Origin: Octopus vulgaris
Taxonomy: Eukaryota
Direction: 5' to 3'
Assembly: GCA_951406725.2 (NCBI GenBank)
Contig: OX597829.1
Span: forward strand, 27,032,001 to 27,096,000
Length of the DNA: 64,000 nucleotides
A program made the translations under genes and the position numbers. Shown one piece after another: positions 12,817 to 27,531 of the stretch (positions are counted from its first letter, which is position 1; each line of letters opens with the position of its first letter). The notes beneath the pieces are model-generated. The model saw only the letters and a list, made by a program, of their open reading frames with translations. It did no database searches and was not told where the DNA came from.

Positions 12817-13030
12817 GTGTATGTTTGTGTGTCTGTGTTTGTCACCCCAATATCGCTTGACAACCGATGCTGGTGTGTTTACGTCCCTTTCACTTAGCAG
12901 TTCGGCAAAAGAGACCGATACAATAAGCACTAGGTTTACAAATAATGAGTCCTGGGGTCGATTTGCTTGGCTAAAGGTGATGCTCCAGCATGGCCGCAAT
13001 CAAATGACTGAAACAAATAAAAATATAAAA
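12610..13030 (+). mobile_element. SINE family A copy
   Basis: Similarity to 3793-4175. Confidence 0.9.
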
Positions 13031-14156
13031 GAATATTGAATTATATTTATTACATCAATCAAAAACTAGCCCAAGTTTACCAATGACACGTTTAGATAAA
13101 ATGTTAATATAAATTGAATGCATGTTGTGTGATTGTAAAAGGCAAGTTTCACAGCGGAGTTGTAACTGAAATAGCTGTAACCGTCATCATTGATTAGTTG
13201 ACATTGTTGTCATTACATATAATTATGACTGTAGTGATGTTGAAGTAACAATGGTAGTAGTAGGAAAGTATTACCTCTTTGTGTAGAAGAAGGGATCTGT
13301 AGTCCTGGGTTGGTTGGACTCAGGGCTAAAGGAACAAACAGGCGTCATAGATGTGTTTATCAGAAAACCAGGTTGTCAATTGAATTGATAACTGGCTCCC
13401 TGCTAGCTTACATGGTGAAGCTAGTGGATTAGTTATGAGACAGAGGCCATGAAAGGTCAAACAAAATTAGATCTCAGGTTTCCAGCATTCATCAAGAATG
13501 TTGATAAAGTAGAACAATGGGGAAATGAGCTAAGATCAACCATGAGCAAATGGAAAGATTAGAGGTATGTATCTCAGCCTGGTTTCTGATTATATTTGGG
13601 TAATTTCACTGTAAACTAGAGAATGACGGTATTAACAGTCAATGTAACGTTTTTTAGGATTTTGATCATCATATCATGTCACAGCTCAAAAGTTATAAAG
13701 AAGATAGTTCCAAAATACTTGTTTACCTAAAAAGATATGCTTAACACCATTTGATTTGATGTATGTGGAGACTTGGGGAAGATCTTTTGAACAAGAATAG
13801 TAATTACTCAATCATGCAAAGCTCCCCCTTCTCTGTGCCACAGATATTTATAACCTACAGGAAAGGCTGCTGACTTGGATTGGCACCAGTGCCATTGCTA
13901 GTATTATTGTTAGAACACAAAGACCCAGAGCAGATACTGCAAGTTAGTTTACCTGACTTGCTAGCAGTTCTGCCAGATTATTATCTTAGATTGGTAATTT
14001 TTTTATCATCCTTTGAAGGATGATGAAATGCAAGGGTTGAACTCAGGAGGATTTGAACACAGCAGGCACATGGTTGGAACACATACTGTGAAGCATTCTA
14101 TCTGACAATCAAAAGACTAAACCAATTCATACATGCATGCATGCACACACACACAT

Positions 14157-14222
<66 letters not shown>

Positions 14223-14837
14223 CTATATATACATAAACATATATGCCATAGTTATATGGATGTCAATAGGTGAAATAATTTTTAAATTTCATATCTCCTC
14301 TCTTTATATTTTATATAGATTTGTACATATATGTATGTCTATAAATGTATAAAATATATATGTAGACATACTTACATATTTATAAGAATCCATACATACG
14401 TACATACATACATACATACATACATACATACATACATACATACATACATACATACATACATACATACATACATGCATGCATGCATGCATGAATGCATACA
14501 TACATACAGACAGACATATAACACACTGCCTAAATACCAATCTTGAGAAATCAAGCTTCTTGAAACTAGAAAGGCGAAAGCTGATTCAAAGACTACAAAT
14601 CCAGTCCATCACTGGAACTGTAAAAATCTGTAAAACTTTCCATTTTAGTACATATGAGCATGAATAGATATGTAACTGTATGCATGAGAATACATATATT
14701 AAACAAGATGAAATTCCAATGAAGGAGCCTTGGATCTAAATTAGAAACTGCTTGAAATAAACTGAATAATGATATACATACATACATACATACATACATA
14801 TGTACATATGTACATACATAAATACATACATACATAC

Positions 14838-15097
14838 ATGATGGCTGTCCACTTGTGACCGAGGAAGACCATTGCCGACCTTCAGGAACATTGTGCGCTC
14901 TAGGACTAACTTATATTTTGCATTTGCGGCTCCGTTGGTGGCTAATGAGTCCTGCTCTTGACAAGCATACATGACTGCAAACATTGCAGACCAAGCTTTC
15001 CCCATTCACTATACGAACTGTGCACTTTCATGCAGCTCGCTTAAGTTCTTCATGCTGGATACATGCTCTCTCAAAAGTGTCAATCCCCTCCTTAATC

Positions 15098-15098
<1 letters not shown>
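14838..15098 (-). mobile_element. RTE-clade LINE 3' fragment
   Basis: Minus frame ends LVCNVCSHVCLSRAGLISHQRSRKCKI*, a C2H2-like terminus seen in RTE-type ORFs; embedded in (TACA)n. Confidence 0.65.
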
Positions 15099-15128
<30 letters not shown>

Positions 15129-15499
15129 CATTTAGACAGGCATTAGGTGCAGGCATAATTATGTGGTTAAGAAGTTTGCTCGCAAACCATTTAGTTTCAG
15201 GTTTCATGTTCAGAATGTATGTGTTTGTGAGTGTATGTTTGTGTCTCTTTGACATCAAGTAATGTTGTAAATGAATGCCATTCATTTCCAATATTCCATG
15301 AAAACATGTAGGACCATGAAGAAATATTACTTTGCTTAGAAATAGATAAAGGCTGGTGACTGGAAGGGCATCCAGCAATAGAAAATCTGCCTCAATAAAC
15401 TCAGTCCAACCCATGCAAGCATGGAAAATGAGATGTTAAAATGATGTTGATGATGATGTATATATACACACACCTATATACGTATTCATATGTATGTAC

Positions 15500-15925
15500 A
15501 AGTATTATGTTTCAGTCATTTGACTGTGCCCATGCTGCAGCACCACCTTTAGTCGAACAAATCGACCCCAAGACTTATTCTTTGCAAGCCTAGTACTTAT
15601 TCTATCGGTCTCTTTTGCCAAACTGCTAAGTTATGGGGACATAAACACACCAATGTTAGTTGTCAAGTGATTGTGTGTGTGGGGGACAAACACAGACACA
15701 CAAACACACACACACACACACACACATACACACACACAGACACAGACACACACACACTTAAACACACACAATGGGCTTCTTTCAGTTTCCGTCTACCAAA
15801 TCCACTCACAAGGCTTTCGTTGGCCCGAGGCTATAGTTGAAGACACTTGCCCAAGGTGCAATGCAGTGGGACTGAACCCAGGACCATGTGGTTGGTAAGC
15901 AAGCTACTTGCCACACAGCCACTCA
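15500..15925 (-). mobile_element. SINE family A copy
   Basis: Reverse-complement similarity to 3793-4175. Confidence 0.9.
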
Positions 15926-18582
15926 AAAAAGATCTGTAATACAAGAAGACTAAATGAACAGGCTTTAATCCAAATTGCAACAATAGTTTCCGTGCATTAG
16001 CATCAGCTGCTAGTTGCCGAGTGTTTCACCTACTATTACCCAGATGATAATGAATTATATGTATATATATATGAAAGTGATGTGGAGGTGCATAGCTTAG
16101 TGTTTAGGGTTTCAGCATCATGATCGTAAGATTGTGGTTTCGATACCTGGACTGGGCGATGTGTTGTGTTCTTGAGCAAAACACTTAATTTCATGTTGCT
16201 CCAGTTCACTTAGCTGGCAAAAATGAGTAACGCTGCAATGGACTGGCGTCCCATCCAGCTCAGGAATACATATGCCATCGAAACCGGGCCCATGAGCCTG
16301 GCTAGGCTTTATTATTATTTATATGAAAGTGAGCTGAAATGTTCAAAGACTGACTATGAAGGAGTGATGCTAGAGCTGTGAGATCTTGCATGCATTTATT
16401 TCAACACTTCTTATTAATGACTGTATTGTTTCTTTTAAGATAAACTGACATCTGGCTGCTCAAAAAGAATTCATATGTAACTAGTTGTGACTTCTCTTGA
16501 AAGTAGACAAAACTTAGCCTTGTGGTGTTATCAAGTACCAGCAGAAGAAAGGTTTAGACTTCAAAGGCATTCATGCTGACATGGTTGCAGTAATTGCCTT
16601 TTCATGTCACTTTTTATATTTAATTTTTCTTAACTGTTTTGCACTGAACACATGTAAGGTTTTTCTCAAGCATTACTGGTAACATGCAACCCTGTACAAT
16701 CTGTTGCATAGTTATGTTGTTAGCAACTAAATCAGCAAGACCACCAAGCTTGCTAGACAAGAGGGTGATATTTTGGACAATCTGCCTAAGGACAGAAGAA
16801 CTAAAGAAACATAATGGCTGTCCAAGAGTGTGTAAAAATAATTAATCCATGATTAGCCTGACAAAATATAATCTGTTTCACCTATGGCTCATTAAGAACT
16901 AAGGAACAAGATTTAAGAATAGTTAGCTGTATAGCGAGAAGGAGAGATGGAAAAAAGGAAAACCATTTTTACAAACTCATACATATACATATAAACACAT
17001 ACATACACATATATAAATATACAATGCACATACACACACATGTATTCATACATAAATACATACATATACACATAAATGTATTACATATTTGCATACATAT
17101 ATACTTTACACACATACATGCATATCATCATCATTTAATGCATGGGTAGAACAGTTGGCAGGAGCTACCTGGGTAAAAAAACTACCCTAAGTTGCTGTGT
17201 CTGTTTTGGTAGGTTTTTTACAGCAGGATGCCCTTCCTAACACCAACCACTCTGCAAAGTGGACTCAGTGATTTTTACATGGCACTAGCACAGACAAGGT
17301 TGGTTTTGGCATGATCTTTACAGCTGGATGCCCTTCCAAATGCCAACCACTTAACAGTGTGGATGGATGCTTTTTAGTTGACACCAGCACTGGCAGGGTC
17401 ACCAAGTAACTCACAAGACAAGGAATTACGAGAGGGGCAGAGGAATTTGAGGAAGGGAACTTGTGTCAGAGGATAAAAGGTTAGAGTATGACAGAGAGGC
17501 AGAAACAGGTGTCTTGCTATAATGGAGTGGGGGTGCATTGGAAGAGGTGATCTGATATCAGATGATGAAAGGTTAGAGTGTGACAGAGAAATAGAGAAGC
17601 AGGAATAGATGTCTTACTATAAAGGAAGTATACAGTTACCCAGTGAGAGAAATAGAGGAAGTGAGAAGAAAAATTGAGAGAGAAGAGAAAAAGAGGGAGA
17701 AAAAGAGAGAAGAAAATCGAGAAAGAGAGAGGTACAAGAAAAGGGACAGAAACAGGTGTGCTGATGTAAATGAAATACTTGATTACCTAGTCAGAGGAAA
17801 AACAAGAGAAGGAGAAAGAGAGTTAGGAAGAATGAGGGCAGGAGAATGAGTGTTGCTGTAGAGGAGATACATGGCTATCCAACCAGAGGGAAGAACAAGG
17901 GAAAGAGAGAGAGAGAGAGAGAGTTGGAAACAGCAAAAGTGTAAGAGAGAGCAGGAAAGAGATGGTTAAGTGCCAGGGTATAATGTGAAGGTAGAGTAAG
18001 GAAGAGGCATGCATGTCATAATATATGTGGTCAGGTACTGCTAAGAAGGCACAAATAGGAGTGGGGATAGGAGTGATTGGTGAAAACCTGGGTAGAAAAT
18101 GGGGTGGTGGTGGTGGTGGGGGAAGCTGTGATACAATGAGCAGGGCAGTGAGGGAAGGAAAGGTGATCGGAAGACAATCATAGTTTATAAAGAGGAAATG
18201 TGAAGAAGAGAATAAGACGCAGTTTAGAAGAGGTGATGTAGTTTAGTTTCTTGGGGTAGGGTGTGTGAGAATAACGTTGTTTCGCTGATGTGAGCAGGTC
18301 TTCTCTAGAACCTCATATTGCCAAACATCTTGGTCCATTGTCATTTCCTCCATGAGCCCCAACATCCTAAGATCGGTCCTCACATACACACATTACATAC
18401 ATACCTATATACATTACATAGATACAATGCATATATACATACATCACATTTATATGTGTACACATTTCATATATACATAATGTACATTACATATATACAC
18501 ACATATACACATGCGCATACATACATACATTCACATACATACATACATACATACATACATACATACATACATACATACATTG

Positions 18583-18614
<32 letters not shown>

Positions 18615-19412
18615 GAGGAGGAGGAGGAGGAGAAGGAGGAGGAGGATAAATATGTCATATAGAGCTTAGTTGACTTTATTTTGAAAGCAACGGCACCAAG
18701 CAATTCTACTGTTCAACAAACAATTCTGTTACCAAAGAGAAGAAGGAAGTGTTCCAAGCAATTTAGAGTAATAAGATAATTAGGTTAAAATTCACTTCAA
18801 TTTGTTATGTCTAATCTAATAAATTTATTATATATAAACACAGCAAATATAGGCCAAGATTACACTTGTTGTTGTAGTGTTCTTTATGTTAGCTTCTTAT
18901 CATCTGAATACAGGAATTGGGTTGTTTGCAGCATCATAGCTATGTATAGTAAATCAAATGGCTTTATTTCCTCTTATTTTTATGGTTCTTTCATTATCTA
19001 GTTTGACTTGGGAAAAGAATGACAGAATTTTTTTTAAAGTCTCTTTTAATGTCATAGAAGTTTCTATGAACCAAGAATCCTACACTTCCATTTCTCATAT
19101 ACCAAGTGCCAAATGGTAATTCAAGATAAAACTTTTATTTTTTATCTTTTACTTGCTTCACTCATTGGCCTATGGCCATGCGCAGGGCATCATTTTTAAA
19201 AGGTTTCGAAAAACAAATCTAGTATTTACTTTTAAGTCTGATACTTATGCTAATGGAGTCCATTAAGGCCTAATCCTCAGTTCTCGTCCATTCATCATAG
19301 TCCAACAGGTCATCACAAAGGAGTTTAAGACTGGCTGCCCATAGGAACTGAATCTATAGGGAAATTAGAGAAGAAATTCCAGGGATGTAAGCTAAATCTA
19401 GAATTGGGAGAT

Positions 19413-19822
19413 ACTCTTTTTACTCTTTTACTTGTTTCAGTCATTTGACTGCGGCCATGCTGGAGCACCGCCTTTAATCGAGCAACTCGACCCCGGGACT
19501 TATTCTTTTGTAAGCCCAGTACTTATTCTATCGGTTTCTTTTTGCCGAACCGCTAAGTAACGGGGACATAAACACACCAGCATTGGTTGTCAAACAATGC
19601 TAGGGGGACACACACAGACACACAAACACACACACGCATATATATATATATACATATATACGACGGGCTTCTTTCAGTTTCCGTCTACCAAATCCACTCA
19701 CAAGGCTTTGGTCGGCCCGAAGCTATAGTAGAAGACACTTGCCCAAGGTGGTACGCAGTGGGACTGAACCCGGAACCATGTGGTTGGTAAACAAACTACT
19801 TACCACACAGCCACTCCTGTGC
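19413..19822 (-). mobile_element. SINE family A copy
   Basis: Reverse-complement similarity, close to the 4559-4980 variant. Confidence 0.9.
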
Positions 19823-20349
19823 CTTAAGTTAAACTTAGCAAGGATGAAAGTTTTAGTTAGAAGCAAAATCTGGCAGGACTCTGGTACACTCAGGGAAATG
19901 GCCTTACTTGATACACAGAAAAGGAGTAGATATAAACTTCATATACTACACACAGTCTAAGTTATGGACACACAAGAGACGAAGTGGAATCATAGCCAGA
20001 ATAACAAATGGAAAATAAGCTTTATATATGACAGATGCACTGGAGCAGTACATTCTATGAGCACATCAGAAATAAACTCTCTTGAATGCTTGGATGGCTA
20101 CTATGTCTGTCTGTCTTTCTGTCTGTCTGTCTGTCTGTCTGTCTGTATGTATGTATGCATGCATGCATGTATGTATATATGTATGTAATTGTGTGTGTTA
20201 TGTATGTATGTATGTATGTATGTATGCGTGTATGCGTGAATGTGTGTATGTATGTATGCATGTATGTATGTATGTATGTATGAATGTTATGTATGTATGT
20301 ATACATGTATGTATGTATGTATGTATGTATGTATATATGTATGTATGTA

Positions 20350-21000
20350 TGAATAGTACAGAATTACAAAGAAGACAGAATTCCTTGCCTTTAACATAAG
20401 GTATCGAAATTGAGAGAATCAACCAATCTAAATTAAATTGTTTATTGTGGTCTTTTAGATACCAAATTAATTTACTAAGCCCTGTACTGTTACATAATTC
20501 TGAACTATTTTTTATTCTTTTTTCTGAAAATCCCCTTGTAAACACGGTTATATAGCGTGCATACTAATATAAACATTGGCAGAAACACACCTTTAGTTCA
20601 TAATTTAAACATTAATTTTCTTCTTACATTTCACATTCACTAGATATATCTTTTTCCAGGACTATAGGGTTTTATTTAATATACATATCGTTATATACTT
20701 CTCCTTTATTTAGTTTTTCTTTCTTTATCCCTCCTCTTTCTATGGGCTACCTTTGATGTTATATCCTCTAATGTTTTTTTAAAACAAATTTAATAGCGTT
20801 CCATTCATCATTATACACATCCATCACATTCTGTTAAAATGTCTTATTGATGAGTTTCATTTCTTCATTTTCCTGAAGAGAAGATTACATTGTTTTACAC
20901 CATTTTGTTCCTTTGGAATAATACCAGTGATATCTTCGAAACATGTTGGAAGTAAAAGAATTTGAATAACACCTGCGTTTAACTCCATTTATTTATTTAT
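20350..21000 (-). mobile_element. Penelope-like element remnant: GIY-YIG C-terminal region (-) plus an oppositely oriented pLTR-like segment
   Basis: NSTGLSKLIWYLKD..FNLDWLIL..PY..G..FCLLC matches PLE endonuclease C-termini; adjacent hammerhead motif on +. Confidence 0.75.
20867..20953 (+). ncRNA. Type I hammerhead ribozyme candidate
   Basis: attttc-CTGAAGA-gaagat...atcttc-GAAA-CATG-TT-ggaagt; perfect 6-bp base of stem II and palindromic ACATGT stem III. Confidence 0.7.
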
Positions 21001-21147
21001 ATATATATATTATACAAAATATTTTGAGTAAACCCTGAGTTTCTACCTTTAAAAACAAGGAGTTACAACCTTTTTACTTGTGTGATTTTTTGCTACCCTG
21101 GTAACTATTTATCTATTTTTCCTGTGTTAATTGTTAACGAGCGTTTT

Positions 21148-21321
21148 AGGCACAGGAGTGGCTGTGTGGTAAGTAGCTTGCTTACCAACCACATGGTTCC
21201 GGGTTCAGTCCCACTGCATGGAACCTTGGGCAAGTGTCTTCTACTATAGCCTCAAGCGGACCAAAGCCTTGTGAGTGGATTTGGTAGAGGGAAACTGAAA
21301 GAAGCCTGTTGTATATATGTA

Positions 21322-21392
<71 letters not shown>

Positions 21393-21653
21393 ATGTTTGC
21401 GTGCCAGTGTTTGTCCCCCCAACATTGCTTGACAACCGATGCTGGTGTGTTTATGTCCCCGTAACTTAGCGGTTTGACAAAAGAGATCGTTAAAATAAGT
21501 ACTAGACTTACAAAGAATAAGTCCTGGGGTCGATTAGCTTGAGTAAAGGCGATGCTCCACCATGGCCACAGTCAAATGATTGAAACAAGTAAAAGAGTAA
21601 AGAGTAAGGGTAAATACACACATATATTTATATGCTATCTCTCTCTCTCCCTT

Positions 21654-21699
<46 letters not shown>

Positions 21700-21796
21700 A
21701 CATCTATAGTTGTGTGTGTATTTGTCTGTCTGTCTATCTATCTATTGTATATATATATCGCGGAGTGGTTGGCATTAGGAAGGGCATCCAGCTGTA

Positions 21797-21883
<87 letters not shown>

Positions 21884-22137
21884 TATATGTGTGTGTGTGT
21901 GTGTATGTTTGCGTGCCAGTGTTTGTCCCCCCAACATTGCTTGACAACCGATGCTGGTGTGTTTATGTCCCCGTAACTTAGCGGTTTGACAAAAGAGATC
22001 GTTAAAATAAGTACTAGACTTACAAAGAATAAGTCCTGGGGTCGATTAGCTTGAGTAAAGGCGATGCTCCACCATGGCCACAGTCAAATGATTGAAACAA
22101 GTAAAAGAGTAAAGAGTAAGGGTAAAATACACACATA

Positions 22138-22192
<55 letters not shown>

Positions 22193-22252
22193 ACATCTAT
22201 AGTTGTGTGTGTATTTGTCTGTCTGTCTATCTATCTATTGTATATATATATA
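21148..22252 (+). mobile_element. SINE family A copy followed by a tandem duplicate of its 3' half and flank
   Basis: 21378-21757 is nearly identical to 21889-22252. Confidence 0.85.
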
Positions 22253-22300
22253 TTGAATTTGTTGAACTTTATTTTATAGGTTAAATCATATATTAATATC

Positions 22301-22344
<44 letters not shown>

Positions 22345-23100
22345 CTTCACTAGCAGTATATTGGATATATGTTATCCCATGGAGGGTGCATTTACAACCC
22401 CTATCTCAATTTGTATATATATATATATATTGCTGTTGCCAGTGTCATGTAAATAGCTCCTGTGAAATTGTGGTCATGGCTGTTACTGGTATCCTGTCAA
22501 TGGCACCCATTGCACTTTTGGAGTGGTTGATGTAAGGTAGGGCATCCTGCCCTAGAAACCAAGCCAAATCAGCCTGGAACTTGGTGCAGCTCCCCAGTTT
22601 ATCTGTTCCAATCAAACTGTCTAACCCATGCCAGCATGAAAAGCAGACATTAAATGATGTTGATGATGATGATGATGATGTAGATATAAACTTATATATG
22701 TGTGTGTACATGTGTGTGTGTGTGTGCACATGTGTGCATGTGTATGTGTGTGCATGCATGTGTGTGTGATTGTCATTGTGTCTGTATTTGTCCCACACCA
22801 CCACTTGACAACCAGTGTTGGTGTGTTTACATCCCTGTAGCTTAGTGATTTGGCAAAAGAGACAAATAGGATTAGTGCAAGGCAAAAAAAGCAATCAGTG
22901 CTGGGTTGATTCGTTCAACTAAAATTCTTCAAGGCAGTGCCCCAGCATGCCCACATGCTAATGACAGAAACATACATACATACATACATACATACATACA
23001 TACATACATACATACACACATACATACATACATACATACATACATACATACATACATACACACATACACACATACATACATACATACATACATACATACA

Positions 23101-23133
<33 letters not shown>

Positions 23134-24220
23134 TTGTGTGTGTATATATATATATAATAGAAATATGTTACAAAAAGGGTGTGCATTCAAAGCAATGATT
23201 AGTAAATTCACAAAACCAGTATGCTTTTAAATCTCTTTAACAATTCACAACAATGATTTTTATTACTTTTATTCCTACCTCAGTTGATCTAATTGTATAC
23301 ATCTATTGTTACTTTTCATAAAAAGCTCTTACTTTTTTTGATTTCCAGTGTGCATTTTTGCTTATTTTTCTTCTTACTTCCCCGTATATATATATATAAA
23401 ACTGAAATTGTCTGTGTATGCAGGTATGGTATCCTTCAACTAACACTATCTCCCCCAAGACACTGCAGCACAAGTTGACCAAAATTGAGAGTATGATAGA
23501 ATAAGGCTCGCTCTTCCTTCCATAGAAGAAATAATTCAAATCAGACCATGTTAACATAAAAATTTATTTACATCAAAAAAGTGCCCTTTTTCTATGAAAA
23601 TCCCTATTTTTTATGATTTTTTTACTGCTGAGTCGCCATTTTTCAGTGTATTTCAACCAGAAAAATGTTCACTTAAAGAGAATAACAAGCTACATAAGGC
23701 AAAATTTTTACTTTTCAAAATTTCCAATTCTAAAAGGTCGAAACAAACTTGAGCAAATTAGCTTTCTTTATCCGCATTGGTTTTTAAATATACGATTATA
23801 TCATATAATCATGTAATAAATTCTAGACAGGAACAAGCATTGAAATGCTTGCACATGAGAAAATTCACATTTGCAAAGTATAAATGAACAATAATCATTT
23901 AAACAATAGAAGGATTAGAAATAATGGACTATAAATGATTATCCAATAAAAATTTAAAATGGAGATTGTTCATGTCTACTCTGCATTGTATGCTATAGAT
24001 ACAAAGAAATCTTTAAACGACCAAGTCAAAGAATATCCAGAAAAGACCCTGAAGAAACTGCACCAGTTTTATAGTATGGTTGCAATTGCAACGGTTACTA
24101 ATCAGTGCAACTGAAACATCTGTTGGTCTATGTAAGGCGATACATAAAGAATTAAAGGTAATGCTGTGCAAGTTCTTAGTAATCCTTATTACTAATATTT
24201 TGTGTGTGTATATATATATA

Positions 24221-24251
<31 letters not shown>

Positions 24252-24681
24252 ATGTATAAGATATATACAGAGATAGGTAGAAATAGAAAGAGATACACAT
24301 ATGAGTAATTGTCAGTTATGATATATTTGACTAAAAAAAGACCTTGTAAAGTTTGAGAAACCTAGTGATGATCTATGTTGGGAAAAATTAGCAAAGGAAG
24401 TTGAATAAGTCTGTGTTGTGAAATGAATTCTACTGTGTCTGGTATAGATCTTTGCTGGAGAAGAAAATGGGTGTTGCTTGAAACTTTAGAATCCTCTTCT
24501 CCCTATGGCACCTCTCCCCCACTCCCCCATACTGTTATTCAATTTCATTTGCTTTCTTCTTAACTGACAGTAATTTTAGATTACAGCTTTGACTGCATTT
24601 CACTAAGTCAACCACATATATATTTATGCACACACACACACACACACACACAAATACACACACACACACACACACACACAA

Positions 24682-24742
<61 letters not shown>

Positions 24743-24746
<4 letters not shown>

Positions 24747-27345
24747 CATACCTCACCCTATGTCATTAATTGGTTCCAGGAGACATGACTTAAGTCGAAA
24801 AATAACTTAAGTTGAATTGACTTGTCTTTGGGCTAGGCTAGTCCAGGCTGAATTTACTTGTCTCTAGGCTAAACCAATAATAACCGTTCCCAGTTCTGTA
24901 CTTTATTTATGAATGCATTTTCAATAATACATGGTTAATAAAAACCTATTTGAAGCTTACAAACAAATTATTTTTATTTTTTAATACAGTACAGTAAAGA
25001 AAAGTAATCTAAATTTGTGAATACAATTTGGTGGTGTATACCGTACATTGCAGGTACTTTATTTATGAATGCAACTTGCAATAAGACATGGTAAAATAAA
25101 AGCATTTTTTTAAGCTTAAAAAACAAATTCAATGATTATTATTATTTTGCAATAGTAAAAAAAACTAAATTATGTTAAATTTACTAATACGTACATACAA
25201 TTTGGTGGTTTACGTCACAAATGTAGATGGCTGTGGATCGTCAATATCAACAGCTGACTCTGGCTGTTCTTATTGCTCGATGTGCTTAAAAAAACCAGTT
25301 GAGAGTTCCTTGAACTGTTTTCTTTTTTCCTCAAAGATTACATTATAATGAGGAAAAGCTTCGTGACAAGCCCCCATAATCTTGGAAAAGCATTGAGCCT
25401 TTGGATCCATATCCTCAAACGTAGAAAGGGCATTTTTACAATATATGCAAATGCTTGTTGCATTTTCTTAATGGTAGAGTGACATGGCTCAGGCTCAATT
25501 TCTTCTTTATTTTGCTGCTTGTGAAGCTCTATCAAATCCTCATTTGTTAGGGGCTGCTTGTTTTTTTAAACAAATCTGTGAAATCCTCCTCCTCCAAATC
25601 CATTTCCAGTTCTTTGCTTGTTGTCACCAATGTTTTGTTGATGGCAACATTATCAAACCTCTTAAAATCATTCACAAATTGCAGGCATAGCTTCTTCCAT
25701 ATACCATTCATAGCCGTGTTCTATACATCATTCCATGCTGCTGCTATGTTCTGTAGAGTCTTGTAGATATCGTATCTCTTCCAAAGGTCATGAAGTATAA
25801 TGGACTCACCAAGATTAGTTGCAGCTATTGCTTGCCGCAGAGTACGCTTCATATAGTAACGCTTGAAGATAGTAGTTATTCCCCGATCCATTGGCTGCAG
25901 AAGACATGTGGTGTTCAGAGGTAATGTTGGAGTCAAATTCTACGATATTTTACAGGTGGCCAGGAGCATTATCTAAGATAAGTAAAACCTTAAAAGGAAT
26001 CCCCTTCTCCTGACAGTACTTTTCTGGTGCTGGAATAAAATGATTGAAGAACCAATCTTCAGAAACAATAACAGTATCCCATGCTTTTGAATTAGCCATC
26101 CATATAACAGGGTGAGATGCCTTGGGCATGTTCTTCAGGGCACGGGGGTTATGTGCATGATACACAAGCAATAGCTTTAGCTTAAAATCTCTCGCACAAT
26201 TACCTTCCAATGTAATGATCACATTTTCTTTTGAGACCTTGTAGCCTGGAATAGTTTTCTCCTCCTTGGAAATGAACAAACGGCCTAGCAATTTTTTCCA
26301 ATACAATCCAGTTTCATCAACTTTAAAAATCTGTTTGGGAAGAAACCCATTTTCCTCAATGATTTTCTTTAATGCATTAGGAAATTCCGCTGCTGCTTGT
26401 TCATCAGCTGATGCACTTTCACCTTGCTTCTTAATGGTGTGATAACTTCTTCACTCCTTAAATCTCATGGACCATCTTTGACTTACCTTGAACTCTACAT
26501 CTTTCTCATCTGGGTATTTTTTCTTCAGGTCCTCAAACAAAGACACTTTCTCTTGAATGATTTCTTGACTAATAGCAGTGCACTGACGATTCAACCTAAC
26601 AATCCAAAGAGAAAGAAAACTTTCCTTTTCTTCAAAGATTTTGCCCCTTCTCTTATTGATTACAGTTTTCTTCATCCCTGGAGTTTCAGATTTGATATGT
26701 GCTAAAATCTTGTCTTTATGTACAATCATTGATACAGTTGTCTGACTGTAAACCACCAATGATTGTGCAATTGCTACCATTTTTTCACCTTCATCATGGC
26801 ATTTTATCATAGCCAGTTTATCTTCCAGCACTATAACATGACGCATAGCACTTTCACTATGAATTTTCTTAGGAGCCATGGGGTAAAAAAATAAAGTCAC
26901 AAATGAATGAGAATGAGAAAGAAGCCGATAAACAGATGTGAACAAATTTGAATTCAAAACAATTGCAGGAATCATGAGTGACAACGACGTCTAAGGGTAG
27001 ATATTGGAACTAAAGTACAATATGAACACTGAAAGATTGATAAATAAGACAACACATCAGATTTCATGATTTCATTCACTAAGCTACACTACTTTATGGT
27101 GTGTATCTTAACATTTACTGCATGTATTTTAATATGATTTTATATGATCTTATTCTTATTTATTGTACAGTAACATGCTTTTAAGTTTTATAATGGTTTT
27201 CTAGTGATTTTAAGATTCCAATATTTGTGGCAAACAGATGTAAAGTCAAGAAAAATGACTATACTTGATTTTTATTTTTCCATATAATATTTCAGAAAAA
27301 TGACATATAATTGAGAATAACTTAAATCGAAATGACTTATGCCTG
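24743..27345 (-). mobile_element. Tigger/pogo-family DNA transposon with a pseudogenised transposase (~25330-26879)
   Basis: Ends CAGGCATA/TATGCCTG. HTH/CENP-B-like N-terminus (MAPKK..FKVSQRW..RFK) and DDE_1 motifs DETGLYWK, KVLLILDNAPGH, PLNTTCLLQPMDRGI; multiple frameshifts. Confidence 0.92.
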
Positions 27346-27478
27346 TGTGTGTATATATATATATAAATATACAAAAATATACACACATACATATATACAT
27401 GTGTATAATGTGTATATACACACGCACACGCACTTATGCATTCACACACACATGCATGCACACACACATACACTCATA

Positions 27479-27531
<53 letters not shown>

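Noticed and set aside
23385-23820. Second Helitron-like 5' end (tatatatataaaactg)
   Set aside because: No clear 3' hairpin plus CTAG terminus was identified.
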